Notes under the pieces: generated by a model
The model's database searches: none
Seen by the model: the letters and a program-made list of their open reading frames with translations, nothing else
Told to the model about the DNA's origin: nothing
Position numbers and translations under genes: made by a program
Virus record (IMG/VR): IMGVR_UViG_3300023174_000124
Location: 20,860 to 84,859 of that record
Reading direction: 5' to 3' (one strand)
Length of the DNA: 64,000 bases
Source of the DNA: a virus
In this document: in pieces, positions 38,359-49,854 of the stretch
Position numbering within the stretch: the stretch's first letter is position 1
Layout: the number at the start of each line of letters is the position of its first letter

Positions 38359-41300
38359 TAGATTCTAAAGCAGCTTTTTCTAATGCTGATTTTTCTTTTT
38401 GATCTATTGCTTCTAAATTAGAAGAATAGGTTTCAGTAAGAGTTCGTAATCTATCTGTAGCTGTATTAGTATTATTTAAAATTCTATTTATGTTAGTATC
38501 AAGAGTACTCTTAAAAGAAGAGAGATTTGTTTCACTGAGTTCCTCTGCACCTCTATAATTATCTTGATCTATCTTCCATTCAATACCTTTTTCTATCATT
38601 ACATCATGTAATTTTTGAGAGAAGGTATCATGTTCAGCACCACTAAAATCTAATTTAACATAAGGTGTGTTATATTCCGTTAGGTTTTCTAAATCTAAAT
38701 CTGAATCATAACCTCTACATTGACAAACAGACCCACTATTTTTAATACCACCTGGAGCTATTTGATTAAGTGCTTTGGGGACATTACTAGCGACTACATA
38801 TTTATTCGTTTCTGATTCACTTAAAATTCTATTTGTTAAACCTGACATAAATGCTTCTCTAATAGCTTCACTTGTATTTTCTTTAGGTTTTTCAAAACCT
38901 GTGCTATTAAATATAACATCTCTTTCTTCAGGAGACATATTAACAAATTTATCAGCAGATGAACCTAACACTTCTTGGATTTCTTTTGTATCTTTTGTGT
39001 TTTTAAGTATCTTATACAGACTTTCAATTTCTGCTGTGCCTAATAATCTAGTAAAGTCTTGTTCTACTAAAGACATATAAGTACCATTTACTTTTAAATC
39101 TAAACCTCTACCATATGCTTGAAAACCATATACTTCATAACCTTCTTCATCGGAGACAGGGAATACCATACTCTTTTTTGTCTTTTTAGTGAAAGAACTA
39201 TTAAGAGTACTAGGATTAACCCCATCCTTTTTCAAATTTATAGGATTACCTTTAGCATTAAGTGCTGTTATGGTTTCATTTAGTTTTTGATATTCTATTT
39301 GAGAATTTTCAAGTTCGGATGGTGTTCTTTGTGCAGGAGTTTTAGCTGTTAAATCAAAATAGGCTTTATGTCCTTTTTCAATAGCAGTCCATAGGTTACC
39401 TGCAGCATATTGTATTTGTTTATATAATTCATTTCTAAATGCTGTACTTTGAACATCTTCTTCAACAATAGCAGGTGGTGGAATAAGGAAGTTTTCTCTA
39501 ACTCTATATACAAATCTAATTTCAGTCACAGACCTTGTTCTATTTAAAACACCTTGACTATGAGGTTTAAGGGTATTATCTATCCCTTTAACAGGTGGAT
39601 ATTCTCCTGAATCTCCTGAGGTATTCCCTTCTAGGGTTTTAAAATTCCCTTGTCCATTTACAGGTGGTTCTTGGCATAAAGTTATATGTTTACCATATTT
39701 ATCTTCAAGTTTGCCAACAACAATAATATCACCTACTCTAATATCTTCACCACTTAAATTTTTACCATTCTGCCATTCCATTCTATATAAAGCACTAGTA
39801 GTGTCATCTTTTTTATCTGACACAGTAAACCCACCTAATCCCCCTTGATATAATCTTGTTGTAGAAGGGAATAGGCTTTTAATTAGGTTTATATCTGTAA
39901 CAAAATTTTGATAACAAAAAGCTGCAAATGACCCACACCATTCATTATCTAAGGCTTTATTTCCATTCTTCCATGCTTCAAGGTCTTCCCATGACTTATT
40001 AACAGTGAAAGTACTTCCGAATATAGCTTGAAAGTAATTACTATCTATATATTCATTACCTGCATTTAAAATAGCATATTCAGGGTTATTCACAGCATTA
40101 GCTCCCCCTCTTGCTTTCATCCATTCATATTTAGTGGGATGAAACCATTCAAAAGCAAGTCCTCTTTGAAACTCTTGATAAGCAATATCTATTATTTGAC
40201 TTGCTACTATATCTGTATTTTTAAGAGGTGCTTTTTTGCTCTCTTGTACAACACCATTAGGGGCAAATAATTTAGCAGGGTCTTTAATTAAATCTTTTAC
40301 ATCATTAGGAATACTAGGATTTGCTATTATAAGAGATACATCTAATAACTTAGCTATCAATTCTTCTGTTGGGCTTGAATTTCTTATATTTTTATAACTA
40401 GCTTCTTTAATAAAGTTCTCAATAAAATCATTCCTAGTGACAACTTTATTCGACCTATAAAAATCAGCAGGAACATCTATATAGATTTCTTCTTTTTTGT
40501 TTTTATCTACTTTTACAAAAACTTCATGTTCTTGAAAAGTTAGAGATGTAATTTCATTAGTAGCAATTACTTCAGTTTTTTTAGTAAAAGAGTTTTTTAC
40601 TTTAAGACCTGCTTTAGGAAAATCTTGAGTAAATACTACTGTATCGCCATCTCCACTAGGATCAGGTTTTACAATATTGATTTTATTTCCATTAAAACGA
40701 TCTTCGGATGTTCTTAGTAGTCTTTCACCTACACTTACAATTTCATTACTTTGTACATCAAATGCAATTTCAGTAGCACCTTGCATTTTAGGGTCAGGGT
40801 GAGAACTACTATAATATCTAAAATAACCTGGGACATGAGGTGAGAAAGCATTTTTTTTATTAGAAAGTAATTCTAAAATACTAGCAGTACTTCCCATACC
40901 TGTAGATGTTTCATTTGCTCTTTGTTTGTTTATTCTAACCGCATTGATTAAATCTAATAATGTTAAAGCAGGTAATTGTCCTTCAGGTGGGTTTAATAAA
41001 GTTCTTTCATATTCTTCATTATAAATAAAACTTACATTTTCTGATTGGTCTTGGGCTCTAGTTTCTACATTAGTGAGATTATTATAAGCCTTTTCCATAT
41101 TGTCTTTTACTTGTTGTTGTTCTTCTGCCTTTTGATCAGGTGATAGTTTTTTATTCTTTTTACTTACAGCTGATTGTAAGTCTTTTTGATACTCTGTGTT
41201 TATACTAGAAATATCTTTTTGCCCTTGACTAATATCTTTACCTGATATTGTCCCTATTTGTTGTGGTGCACCATCATCAACAGGATTAAGCACTACAAAT

Positions 41301-43360
41301 TTAGCATTCTCATCAAAGATGTCTTCAACACTATCGGGAGCTAAAGATAAAACCTTTAAATTCATAGCTTCTACAATAAGCATATTTTTAAAGTGAGGTT
41401 TATCTATTTCAAGAGTTTCAGTACCCATATAAAAGAAATTAGGGTCTATACGAGTCATATCAAGACCCATAACAACATTAGGAAAACCTGTTACTTTATA
41501 TTTAATTTCATTTTCTAAACCTGTAGTGCCTACAATCTCTTCTTTCTTTTTAAGATATTTAGAACCTTTATAGGTATTTATAAGGTCAACAGCTCTACTA
41601 GGGTCATCTTTATAAGAAACATTTTCATCACCTGGTGGCATAAATCTTTTTCTTCTAGCTTTAATTTCTATTGTAGTGCTACAAGAAGATCCATAACTAA
41701 AATCGTGAGATACAGATGTGACATAATAGAAACAGTCTATATGTTCTATATATACAGGGTAGCCAGGTTTAATTTCAGGTCGGAGGGTGATAGAAACGGA
41801 AGCTGTTTCGGCTTCTTGGTTTTGTCTATCTAATTCAGCGGCGGCATAATAGAAAGCAGAAGTAGTGTTAGTATGTATATTACTATCTATATCTAAAGGT
41901 CTCCACCCATATTTAGCGACAAGTTTATAATCTATATAGGTGGATTTAGGTGCTACAAATTCATCATCTACAACACCATTAATGTTTTTAAAGTTAACAC
42001 CTTTAACCACAGCATAAGTATACTGAGGTTCTTTAACAGAGAAGTTCATACTAATAATATCTTCGGGTTTAAGAACATAAACTCTACTAGCTTTGGTGTT
42101 AAGATTATATAAAGGTGGTTTAAAAACTAAATCGCCATCTACATCTTGATAAAATTCAAAATTGGCTTTTTCGGCAACAGTAGAAGCGATTTGTTGTTTA
42201 GTTTCATAAGTAGATTCCCACATATTAATACTAGCTAAATTACCTATATCTAAAACATACGCTTGCATATCTGATGTGAGAGAACCCCTACCACTTTCTG
42301 AGGTAGCATTTACTTCAATAATATCAGGACCTCTTTCTAAAATTTGAGAACTTGTACCTGCTCCATTAATTCTTACAATATTTCTTTGTCTAAATAGATT
42401 AGCACCACTTGCCCCATTGGCAGTTCCTGTTTGAGATTGGGCTCTATTTACAGTTTTTAAACTATCTGAGACCATTTTACTTGTGGAAGCACCTCCATAA
42501 TAAACTTGTTCTAGACTAGAAAACAATCTGCCTGAAGTACCGTGCATTCTTAAACCATACATACCTTGAGAGAATCTTCGTTCCCAATATCTAAGACTTA
42601 AACTGAAAGCATCTTGCTTACCTACACGAGCATTAACATTTGTCTTTTTATTAAGACCTGCAACAATACCTTGAGCAGACCCACCTGAATCTCTATATAA
42701 TTTATAGATAATTTGGTGGGGTGTCATACCTGTAAAAATATGACCATTCATTTGAACTTGTCCAGGTGATTCACTAGGTCTAGCTGCCATAGATGCAGTA
42801 TTTGTATCTATATGTTGATATTGCCAAAAATGAAGTAAATTATTACAACTAAAAGAACCATTATAAAACCCACCACTATAAGCATAACTTATAGATGTCA
42901 CTACACCATGAAAAACAGGATAATAAGGTTTCATTTTCAAATCTTTAAGATTATAACTCTCATCTTCATATTCTACTATCTCATTAGCATTTAATTCTTT
43001 AACATCAAATACACCACGAATATAAACATTTACTTCAAGACCAGGTGTAATAAGAAAAGCACCATCTTTAAAGATACTATCTCCATGATGTTTAGGTATA
43101 GAAAAGTTAATAGTAGAATCACCACTACTAGAATCTACACCTGCACCTGCTGAAACAGATGTTATATAAGGTTGAAAATCTATTCTATTATTACAATCTT
43201 TACAACCTACAAGAGAAGTATCCCCATTTATATAAACGAGAGCATCAGGTGAATAAGATAAGACTTTTCTAAAATTGGGTTTCCATAAACCAACATAAGG
43301 TCTATCTAGTATTTTACCTGTAGTGGTAGCACTATTACCACCTTTAACACTGATAGTCAT
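38300..43360 (-). CDS. Baseplate hub / tail-associated lysin with CHAP-like domain
   Basis: FEFYQDVDGDLVFKPP and LRPEIKPGYPVYI..YYVTSVSH hub motifs; EWCGSF..HITL..TLEGNT CHAP motif. Confidence 0.7.
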   Translation of the reverse strand: MTISVKGGNSATTTGKILDRPYVGLWKPNFRKVLSYSPDALVYINGDTSLVGCKDCNNRIDFQPYITSVSAGAGVDSSSGDSTINFSIPKHHGDSIFKDGAFLITPGLEVNVYIRGVFDVKELNANEIVEYEDESYNLKDLKMKPYYPVFHGVVTSISYAYSGGFYNGSFSCNNLLHFWQYQHIDTNTASMAARPSESPGQVQMNGHIFTGMTPHQIIYKLYRDSGGSAQGIVAGLNKKTNVNARVGKQDAFSLSLRYWERRFSQGMYGLRMHGTSGRLFSSLEQVYYGGASTSKMVSDSLKTVNRAQSQTGTANGASGANLFRQRNIVRINGAGTSSQILERGPDIIEVNATSESGRGSLTSDMQAYVLDIGNLASINMWESTYETKQQIASTVAEKANFEFYQDVDGDLVFKPPLYNLNTKASRVYVLKPEDIISMNFSVKEPQYTYAVVKGVNFKNINGVVDDEFVAPKSTYIDYKLVAKYGWRPLDIDSNIHTNTTSAFYYAAAELDRQNQEAETASVSITLRPEIKPGYPVYIEHIDCFYYVTSVSHDFSYGSSCSTTIEIKARRKRFMPPGDENVSYKDDPSRAVDLINTYKGSKYLKKKEEIVGTTGLENEIKYKVTGFPNVVMGLDMTRIDPNFFYMGTETLEIDKPHFKNMLIVEAMNLKVLSLAPDSVEDIFDENAKFVVLNPVDDGAPQQIGTISGKDISQGQKDISSINTEYQKDLQSAVSKKNKKLSPDQKAEEQQQVKDNMEKAYNNLTNVETRAQDQSENVSFIYNEEYERTLLNPPEGQLPALTLLDLINAVRINKQRANETSTGMGSTASILELLSNKKNAFSPHVPGYFRYYSSSHPDPKMQGATEIAFDVQSNEIVSVGERLLRTSEDRFNGNKINIVKPDPSGDGDTVVFTQDFPKAGLKVKNSFTKKTEVIATNEITSLTFQEHEVFVKVDKNKKEEIYIDVPADFYRSNKVVTRNDFIENFIKEASYKNIRNSSPTEELIAKLLDVSLIIANPSIPNDVKDLIKDPAKLFAPNGVVQESKKAPLKNTDIVASQIIDIAYQEFQRGLAFEWFHPTKYEWMKARGGANAVNNPEYAILNAGNEYIDSNYFQAIFGSTFTVNKSWEDLEAWKNGNKALDNEWCGSFAAFCYQNFVTDINLIKSLFPSTTRLYQGGLGGFTVSDKKDDTTSALYRMEWQNGKNLSGEDIRVGDIIVVGKLEDKYGKHITLCQEPPVNGQGNFKTLEGNTSGDSGEYPPVKGIDNTLKPHSQGVLNRTRSVTEIRFVYRVRENFLIPPPAIVEEDVQSTAFRNELYKQIQYAAGNLWTAIEKGHKAYFDLTAKTPAQRTPSELENSQIEYQKLNETITALNAKGNPINLKKDGVNPSTLNSSFTKKTKKSMVFPVSDEEGYEVYGFQAYGRGLDLKVNGTYMSLVEQDFTRLLGTAEIESLYKILKNTKDTKEIQEVLGSSADKFVNMSPEERDVIFNSTGFEKPKENTSEAIREAFMSGLTNRILSESETNKYVVASNVPKALNQIAPGGIKNSGSVCQCRGYDSDLDLENLTEYNTPYVKLDFSGAEHDTFSQKLHDVMIEKGIEWKIDQDNYRGAEELSETNLSSFKSTLDTNINRILNNTNTATDRLRTLTETYSSNLEAIDQKEKSALEKAALESSGDVFTGSGILWTEKKGTK

Positions 43361-44431
43361 TTAGCTTACTCCTGATTTAATAAGGTTGTTTAAAGGTGTG
43401 ATATTTATAGGTTGACCTGTATATGCTTTAGCATCTGCAGGTGAGTATAAAGAATTTGTAACATTTCGTGTTTCAAAATAATCCATTTGTAGAATTTCAA
43501 AACCCATTTCAAAATCTATACCACCATTAGCTTGTTCTGTAGCTATACTCCAGTTAAAAGAGTTAATATGCCCTGTATATCGAGTACCATCATATTCTAT
43601 AACATGATACCCTACTTGGTGTATCATTTCAGTTCTACCTAATCTATCTCTAATAGTAGCACCATTCTTAAATAAAGCTAATAGGTTCATAAGTTGTCTA
43701 TAAGAAGCACTATCTTTTCTACTTGTATGGTGCAACCCTCTTGATTTTTTAGGGTCTACATTATCAGAGATATAAGGACCCACTTTACAACTTAAAGTCA
43801 TAGTAGGCACATCTTCACCCCATGCTTGATATATATAACCTACTCTTGTTGTATCTTGATATGCTTGTATCTTGTTATATTGAATAGTCATATTTTGGGG
43901 GTTAATGAGAAGAGTAATGGGAGGTAAGTCTTTTAATTGTTTGTATTGATCAAGAATATCGAGAGCAACTAATCTGTCATTTAAGTATGTAGGAAGAGTC
44001 ATAAACCTAGTATCTTCTGTTCTATTAGAAGTAGGTGGTCCTGCAATACTACTAATAGTAGCACCGAATAAGTTATTGGGGTTTAGTTTAAGGTAAGATC
44101 TATTTTTAACAGGTGAAGCAAAAGGTGCACTTTTAACAATTTTGTCTTGTATGAGTTTATCTTTTTCGGTGTTAGTTAGAGCTTGAATAATATTAGGTGG
44201 TTCGGCATATATAACAAAGGGAGCATAACCTCTCAATAAAGCATTAGAAGTATCGACAGGGAAAGCACCGACTTCATCATCGGGGTAGAGTTGAAAGAGT
44301 TCGCCTGTGGCGAGTTCTACAAAGGGGAGAGTTTGTAGGTAATCAGGTGTTTTAGCCATATATAAAATCCTTATACGATTTGGGTTCTGATACCATGAAC
44401 TTCTCTTTCGACTTGGAAACCGAGAGAGCAT
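43361..44431 (-). CDS. Baseplate/tail-tube-initiator-like protein
   Basis: LLINPQNMTIQY..YQAWGED..YTGHINSF pattern; context. Confidence 0.55.
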   Translation of the reverse strand: MLSRFPSRKRSSWYQNPNRIRILYMAKTPDYLQTLPFVELATGELFQLYPDDEVGAFPVDTSNALLRGYAPFVIYAEPPNIIQALTNTEKDKLIQDKIVKSAPFASPVKNRSYLKLNPNNLFGATISSIAGPPTSNRTEDTRFMTLPTYLNDRLVALDILDQYKQLKDLPPITLLINPQNMTIQYNKIQAYQDTTRVGYIYQAWGEDVPTMTLSCKVGPYISDNVDPKKSRGLHHTSRKDSASYRQLMNLLALFKNGATIRDRLGRTEMIHQVGYHVIEYDGTRYTGHINSFNWSIATEQANGGIDFEMGFEILQMDYFETRNVTNSLYSPADAKAYTGQPINITPLNNLIKSGVS

Positions 44432-44979
44432 TTAAACAAGTGAGGTGCTTCAGCACTATCTGCAACAGAGAAGTTTTGAAACCAACCGAACCAAACCCCA
44501 CCATCAAAAGACATTTTAATACGACCTGTAACAACAATATTGCCATTACGGTCATAGAAAGCACCATTGTTATGGAAGAGAGCTAATAAGTCTAGGTATT
44601 GTTGGTAGCCTATGGTATCTCGTCTAGTATGACCTTGATCAATACCACCTACTTTAGGGACAGGGCCTGAAGTAGCGACAAGACCTCTTTGTTTATGTAT
44701 AAAACCACCTGTAGTAGCTGCTAGGGTGATAGTGATAGGTTTATCTGCCCAGTGTTCTTCAATCCATCCACCCATAGTTTGTTGTCGTTCGATAGATTTC
44801 TCATAGGATATAGAAATATCTTGGACATTAGCATGGAGAACCATACGGTAGTCATTAACACCATCTGATAGTAGAGAAGTTTGACCATCAGGGGCGATAA
44901 TATCAAATATAATAGGTCTAACACCTCTCCCCCCAAAGTCATCATTAGGGGAAGCAATAATAGGTTGGATATAAGCCAT
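44371..44979 (-). CDS. Baseplate/tail-tube-initiator-like protein (paralog of 43361)
   Basis: QTMGGWIEEHW..LLALFHNNG..FGWFQNF; follows tape measure. Confidence 0.55.
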   Translation of the reverse strand: MAYIQPIIASPNDDFGGRGVRPIIFDIIAPDGQTSLLSDGVNDYRMVLHANVQDISISYEKSIERQQTMGGWIEEHWADKPITITLAATTGGFIHKQRGLVATSGPVPKVGGIDQGHTRRDTIGYQQYLDLLALFHNNGAFYDRNGNIVVTGRIKMSFDGGVWFGWFQNFSVADSAEAPHLFKCSLGFQVEREVHGIRTQIV

Positions 44980-47900
44980 TATCTACCTCCTTGAGTAACA
45001 ACACCTGCTGATTGCATAGCTTTTTTAACGACTTCAAAGATACGAGCTTCGTCACCACCATTAATATTGATAGTAACACTACCTGCACCTTTACCTTTCA
45101 TATATTGGTCAATAGCACCACCTGGTTTCATAGCAACAACATCGTCTTTAGAATCGAGTTTGAAAGCCCCTTTACTAGAAATGAGGAGGTCTTGAACGGG
45201 TGTAGGTTGTGGTGGGGTTACAAGTGGTGCAGTAGGCGTTGCACCACCTACTGCATCTACATATTGCAAAAGGCTTTCTGGTGACCAACCACTACCTATT
45301 TGTGAATATCCATATGCAGATTCTAGTTTCTTTTTAAAATCTTCACTTTGAATATTAGTGCCTTTGCTTTGAGCAAATTTAGTAAAAGCCTCTTCAAACT
45401 CTTTTTTCTTTTCTTCTTTTTGTTTTTTAATTAAATCATCATTAGCTGCTTTTTGTTGCTCTTCATTCCATTTCTTATATTGAGTGGATTGAGCTAGTTC
45501 CTCTAATCTAGCTTTTTCATCTTTTTTAATAGAATCTGAACTAAGAGCATCTATAGATGCTTTAGCACTTTCGGCAATGATTTTATTTTCTTCTTTTTTT
45601 TTCTCTGCCTCTTCGTCTGCTTTTTTCGCCTCTTCGGCATCTTTATCTGCTTTTTTTGATGCATCTAGTTTGGAGATGGCGGACTGACTTTCACTACCAA
45701 ATCGTTTAGCTTTAGCTTCTTCAAGTTGTTGTTTAAGTTTGCTTTCACGGTCAGCTAAATTTTTGTCTAATGGTAAACCTGTAAGAGGGTCTCTTGTTGC
45801 ATTTTTAGTCAATTTTAATTGGTTTTCTAATTGCTTTTTTTCTTCCTCAAAAGCAGACCCCCCACCTCCTCCACTTTCAAGCTCTTTTAATTTTCGTGAA
45901 TATAGATTATCCCCTCCTCCTAGTCTCTCGCTTTCTTTTTTTAGTTTTTCTCTAGCTTGAAGTTCTGCAACAGCCCACCCACCAGGCATTGCTTGTTCAA
46001 CAGCAGCATATTTCGCTTTTTCGTCTCCTTCAGTTGATTCAAAAATAGATTTTGCAGACTCATATCTAGCAATATTTTTAGCTGTACCGACATCACTAAC
46101 CCCTACGCCTCTAAAAGCCCTAGATGTTCCTTGTAGGTATTCTATCTCAGTTTGTCTTCCTTTTAAACCTGCTTCCGCATCTTCTAATTTCTTTTTTAAA
46201 TCTGCCTTCTTTGTAGGGTCTTTTTCGGCATTAACTTGTTTTTTAAGATCATTTACATAATTTTTATCCTCTGATCTTTGTTTTTCTAATTCACGGATTT
46301 CATTTTTTAATTTTTCTTGTTCTTGAATTTTCTTTTCTCTATCTGTCCCACCTGATAACCAAGAGAAAATCCAAGAAGTATAATCACCTAGAAAGTCTAG
46401 TTTTTCTTTAAGGATAGTAGCAATTACATCACTAGAAGAAACAGTAGCATCAATACTTTCTTGTAAAAGGTCTTCTTGTGTTTTTTGGTGATTTTCCATA
46501 TCTTCAGGTTTTTGGAATTGTTCAGGAAAAGACTGAATAAAGTCGGTGAGAGAATTTATAGCGAGACCTGTAGATGAAGCAATTAATTGATTGCCCTTTA
46601 TCTCCATACCTTTAGCTTTTAAGTCTGCTTCTATTTTATCTTTTTCTGTTTGATCTGTAGTTTCCCTATATTTTTTAACTAACTCATTTGCACTAAGATA
46701 ATCCCCTCTACTTCTTTCCATAAGGTCTCTCATGGCTTCAGCAGTCTCTCCAAATTCATCTTCTAATAATTTTTGATTGACTTCAGAAGTTAAATCTATT
46801 TTAGCGAGTTCCTCAGGGGTAAGACTTAGAAAATTAAATTTACTTGCTCTCATAGCTAAATTACCCCCCATACTTACTTTACCTAATGCTTGAGTTTGAG
46901 CACCTATTGTTCCACCTCTAGCACCTTGAGCGATACTAATTAAGTCTTGTAAGGTATTAGCAACATCTGCACCTTGTTTTGTCCTTACCTCACCTAAGAA
47001 TTTTGCTCTATCTTCAATACTCATTTTAGAGAGTTTTGTTATTTGTTCCTTATTCCCTTCGGTGAGAGATTTAATATCCACACCTATCTTCGTAAATAGT
47101 TCTTGTATCTCTTTACCTTGTTCTCCTCCATAAATACCCCCTTTTCCTCCTTTACCAAATAAGCTAATAGATTTAGTAAGGGCTTCTCTTTCTAAGATTT
47201 TTTTTGTATCTCTTTGACCTACTTTAAAAACATCTGTGTATTTTTCTTGAAAAGATTTACCCTCATAACCTTGTTTAGCTTCTTCAAATAATTTCTCACC
47301 TTTCTTACCCATAAGTTTTTTAAGTTTGAGGAATAAAGTCCCTGCTTCAGCAACACGACCGTTCATAGAATTAACTTCATTAGTGACACCAATAATAGTA
47401 CTAAAGAATTTTTTATTACTATAACCTGCTTGGGTGGCAGCATCTCTAATACTATCAAAAGCATTTTTAATGTTTTTCATGTCTTCAGCATCATCTAAAG
47501 TTTTACCTAAATTAGTATGTAATGTTTCAACATGGCTTGTTGCTTCATCCATACTAAGACCAAAAACAGTAGATATGGTTTTTAATTCTTTCATTACACC
47601 TATTGCACCACTTAATTGTTCTTTAATACTAGCTCCTGCTGGTGCCATTTCTTTTAAAGTAATATTAGCTTCTTGTAAGCTAATTAAAGTGGATCTTACT
47701 TCATCTGCTCCCATACCCATTTCTGTTAAATTTGTATAATCTAACATACCTTTTCTTAAGACATTTAAATTTTCATGTAAGCTATCTGTTCCTTTAGACA
47801 TATAATCTAAAGCACCACCACCTTCGAGAATTTGTTTATTAAAGTCTTTTTGTTCTTTTTCGGCTGACATTAAAGTTTCGGCAATAGATACGAGTGTACC

Positions 47901-48740
47901 TATGGGACCCATAGCTTTAGTAATCATACTACCCATACCTGATAAAGTTCTACCTAAACGACCTCCACCTATAGCTTCAATAGTAGCACCAACTTTTTCA
48001 AAACTTTCACCTATACTTTTAGCTCCTCTACCTAAATCCCCAAGAGAACTCATTTTAGAAATTTCAGTTAAATGAGTATCTATCCCACCAAGTGCTTCTT
48101 CTAGACCTTTAAAAGATTTTTCTCCTAATTTACCTGTTTTCTTAAATGTCTCATCTACTTTAGACATTCTTTCATTATAAAGTTTTTCTTCATCTTTGAT
48201 ACTTTCTTGTAATATCTTATTCTTTCTACCATTTTGTTTTTCAAATTCATCAACAGCTTCTTTCTGAAGAGCTATATGTTTTTTTACCTCTTCTTCTTCT
48301 TTCTTAAGAGCTTTTTCTTTAAGTTTGATCTCTCCTTGTATTCGCTTTCGATCTGAAGCATCAGCCTCTTCTTCCGTTTTTTGTAAATCTTTTATCTCTT
48401 CTTTTAGGTCTTGTATATTCCTAGCGGTTGTACTTATGTTTAGAGAATGCTCTTTTACTGTTTCATTATAATTTCTTTGAATCTCTTCGATTTTCTCAAA
48501 TTCTTTTTGCAGATATTTAAAAGCAGGTTGATATTTTTTAGCAATGATCTCCGATGCTTTACTATTTGCATCATTTGCTTTTTTTACAGCTTCTGCATTT
48601 TTTCTTTGTTCTTGTGTTAAATCATCTATGTTAGCAGTTAAGTACTTTATAGCTTTGCCTAATTCATTTAATTGGGTAACATTCTTTTTAGCACTATCTG
48701 TACTTCCCCCTATACTAAAACCACCTCTACTTTTTGCCAT
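44979..48740 (-). CDS. Tape measure protein
   Basis: 1253 aa helical; after tube and chaperones; C-terminal TININGGD..VKKA typical. Confidence 0.75.
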   Translation of the reverse strand: MAKSRGGFSIGGSTDSAKKNVTQLNELGKAIKYLTANIDDLTQEQRKNAEAVKKANDANSKASEIIAKKYQPAFKYLQKEFEKIEEIQRNYNETVKEHSLNISTTARNIQDLKEEIKDLQKTEEEADASDRKRIQGEIKLKEKALKKEEEEVKKHIALQKEAVDEFEKQNGRKNKILQESIKDEEKLYNERMSKVDETFKKTGKLGEKSFKGLEEALGGIDTHLTEISKMSSLGDLGRGAKSIGESFEKVGATIEAIGGGRLGRTLSGMGSMITKAMGPIGTLVSIAETLMSAEKEQKDFNKQILEGGGALDYMSKGTDSLHENLNVLRKGMLDYTNLTEMGMGADEVRSTLISLQEANITLKEMAPAGASIKEQLSGAIGVMKELKTISTVFGLSMDEATSHVETLHTNLGKTLDDAEDMKNIKNAFDSIRDAATQAGYSNKKFFSTIIGVTNEVNSMNGRVAEAGTLFLKLKKLMGKKGEKLFEEAKQGYEGKSFQEKYTDVFKVGQRDTKKILEREALTKSISLFGKGGKGGIYGGEQGKEIQELFTKIGVDIKSLTEGNKEQITKLSKMSIEDRAKFLGEVRTKQGADVANTLQDLISIAQGARGGTIGAQTQALGKVSMGGNLAMRASKFNFLSLTPEELAKIDLTSEVNQKLLEDEFGETAEAMRDLMERSRGDYLSANELVKKYRETTDQTEKDKIEADLKAKGMEIKGNQLIASSTGLAINSLTDFIQSFPEQFQKPEDMENHQKTQEDLLQESIDATVSSSDVIATILKEKLDFLGDYTSWIFSWLSGGTDREKKIQEQEKLKNEIRELEKQRSEDKNYVNDLKKQVNAEKDPTKKADLKKKLEDAEAGLKGRQTEIEYLQGTSRAFRGVGVSDVGTAKNIARYESAKSIFESTEGDEKAKYAAVEQAMPGGWAVAELQAREKLKKESERLGGGDNLYSRKLKELESGGGGGSAFEEEKKQLENQLKLTKNATRDPLTGLPLDKNLADRESKLKQQLEEAKAKRFGSESQSAISKLDASKKADKDAEEAKKADEEAEKKKEENKIIAESAKASIDALSSDSIKKDEKARLEELAQSTQYKKWNEEQQKAANDDLIKKQKEEKKKEFEEAFTKFAQSKGTNIQSEDFKKKLESAYGYSQIGSGWSPESLLQYVDAVGGATPTAPLVTPPQPTPVQDLLISSKGAFKLDSKDDVVAMKPGGAIDQYMKGKGAGSVTININGGDEARIFEVVKKAMQSAGVVTQGGR

Positions 48741-48744
48741 TTTA

Positions 48745-49854
48745 TTACTCCATTGAAGGTCGTCTATTAGCTATTTTATCCATTAAAGAAGGTTCAGTGT
48801 AGTTTCCTTTAACTTCACCGTCTTCTATGGTTAAATTGCCTGTTGTTGTTGGTTTCATAAAGAAGTTTTCTATAACAGATTTATTACCCTCATTTATAGT
48901 TGGTGCTTGAAATATATCTTTCTTAACTCTACTTCTTATTTGTTCTTCTGTTAATCCTATTAAACTCATACCTGTTACAACATTCTCTAATTCTGCCCTC
49001 TTCTCTCTATTTCTCTTTTTCATCTCTTCAGCTTGTCTTTTCATTTCATTTACTGTGTTTTGTACTTCTTCTTTATGTTCTCTTACTGCCCTATCATGTT
49101 CATCTTCTTCACCTGCTACCCATTTTCTCATTTCTTCTTTTAATTCATCAGCTGATTTTGATCTGTTATAGTTTTTTTGTTGTACATACTTTTTCTTAGA
49201 TGGGTCTTCTAATGCTCCCTTTTTAGCCATCTCTATAATTTCTTCTCTTCTATCCATTTCAGATTTATCTTTAGCTTTCCATTTCTTTTGTACTGACTCG
49301 ACACCTTTAGCATTACTTGCCGATGCTATAAAAAATGCCTTTTCCCAGTCTCTATCCGATTCTAATCTTTCATCTTCGGCTTCATTCCATATCACCCAGG
49401 ATAATTGAAGATTATTAATATCTTCTAATTTATAAGAAGTGAAAAGACTTCTTGCTTTCCATGCTTTCCATAAATATCTTGATTCGTCAGTATAACAAAA
49501 GGCTTCGAGGTATTTATTAGCTTTGGTGGCGGTATACATGAGGTAGTCCGCATAGACCCTCAATTTGTCTAAAACACTAAAACAATATGAATTTATAAAC
49601 GATTCATATAATTCAAAATATAAATTTCTAGTATCTATTCCTGAAATAGATACTATACACTTACATAATAAAATGAGCTTCTTTTCTATTAAATTTGAAG
49701 AAAACTCATCTGACCAATCTAATAATTGTAGATTGGGGTTTTTAATTTTTATAGAAACATCATTTAATTTAAAAGATTTACTTAAGTGTCCTGTTTCTAT
49801 AATTTCTCTAATGTGTTGAAAGCAATCAGACATAAAATCATACCGACTCTTCAA
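48745..49854 (-). CDS. Putative tail assembly chaperone II
   Basis: Position between chaperone and tape measure; charged helical tail. Confidence 0.5.
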   Translation of the reverse strand: MKSRYDFMSDCFQHIREIIETGHLSKSFKLNDVSIKIKNPNLQLLDWSDEFSSNLIEKKLILLCKCIVSISGIDTRNLYFELYESFINSYCFSVLDKLRVYADYLMYTATKANKYLEAFCYTDESRYLWKAWKARSLFTSYKLEDINNLQLSWVIWNEAEDERLESDRDWEKAFFIASASNAKGVESVQKKWKAKDKSEMDRREEIIEMAKKGALEDPSKKKYVQQKNYNRSKSADELKEEMRKWVAGEEDEHDRAVREHKEEVQNTVNEMKRQAEEMKKRNREKRAELENVVTGMSLIGLTEEQIRSRVKKDIFQAPTINEGNKSVIENFFMKPTTTGNLTIEDGEVKGNYTEPSLMDKIANRRPSME

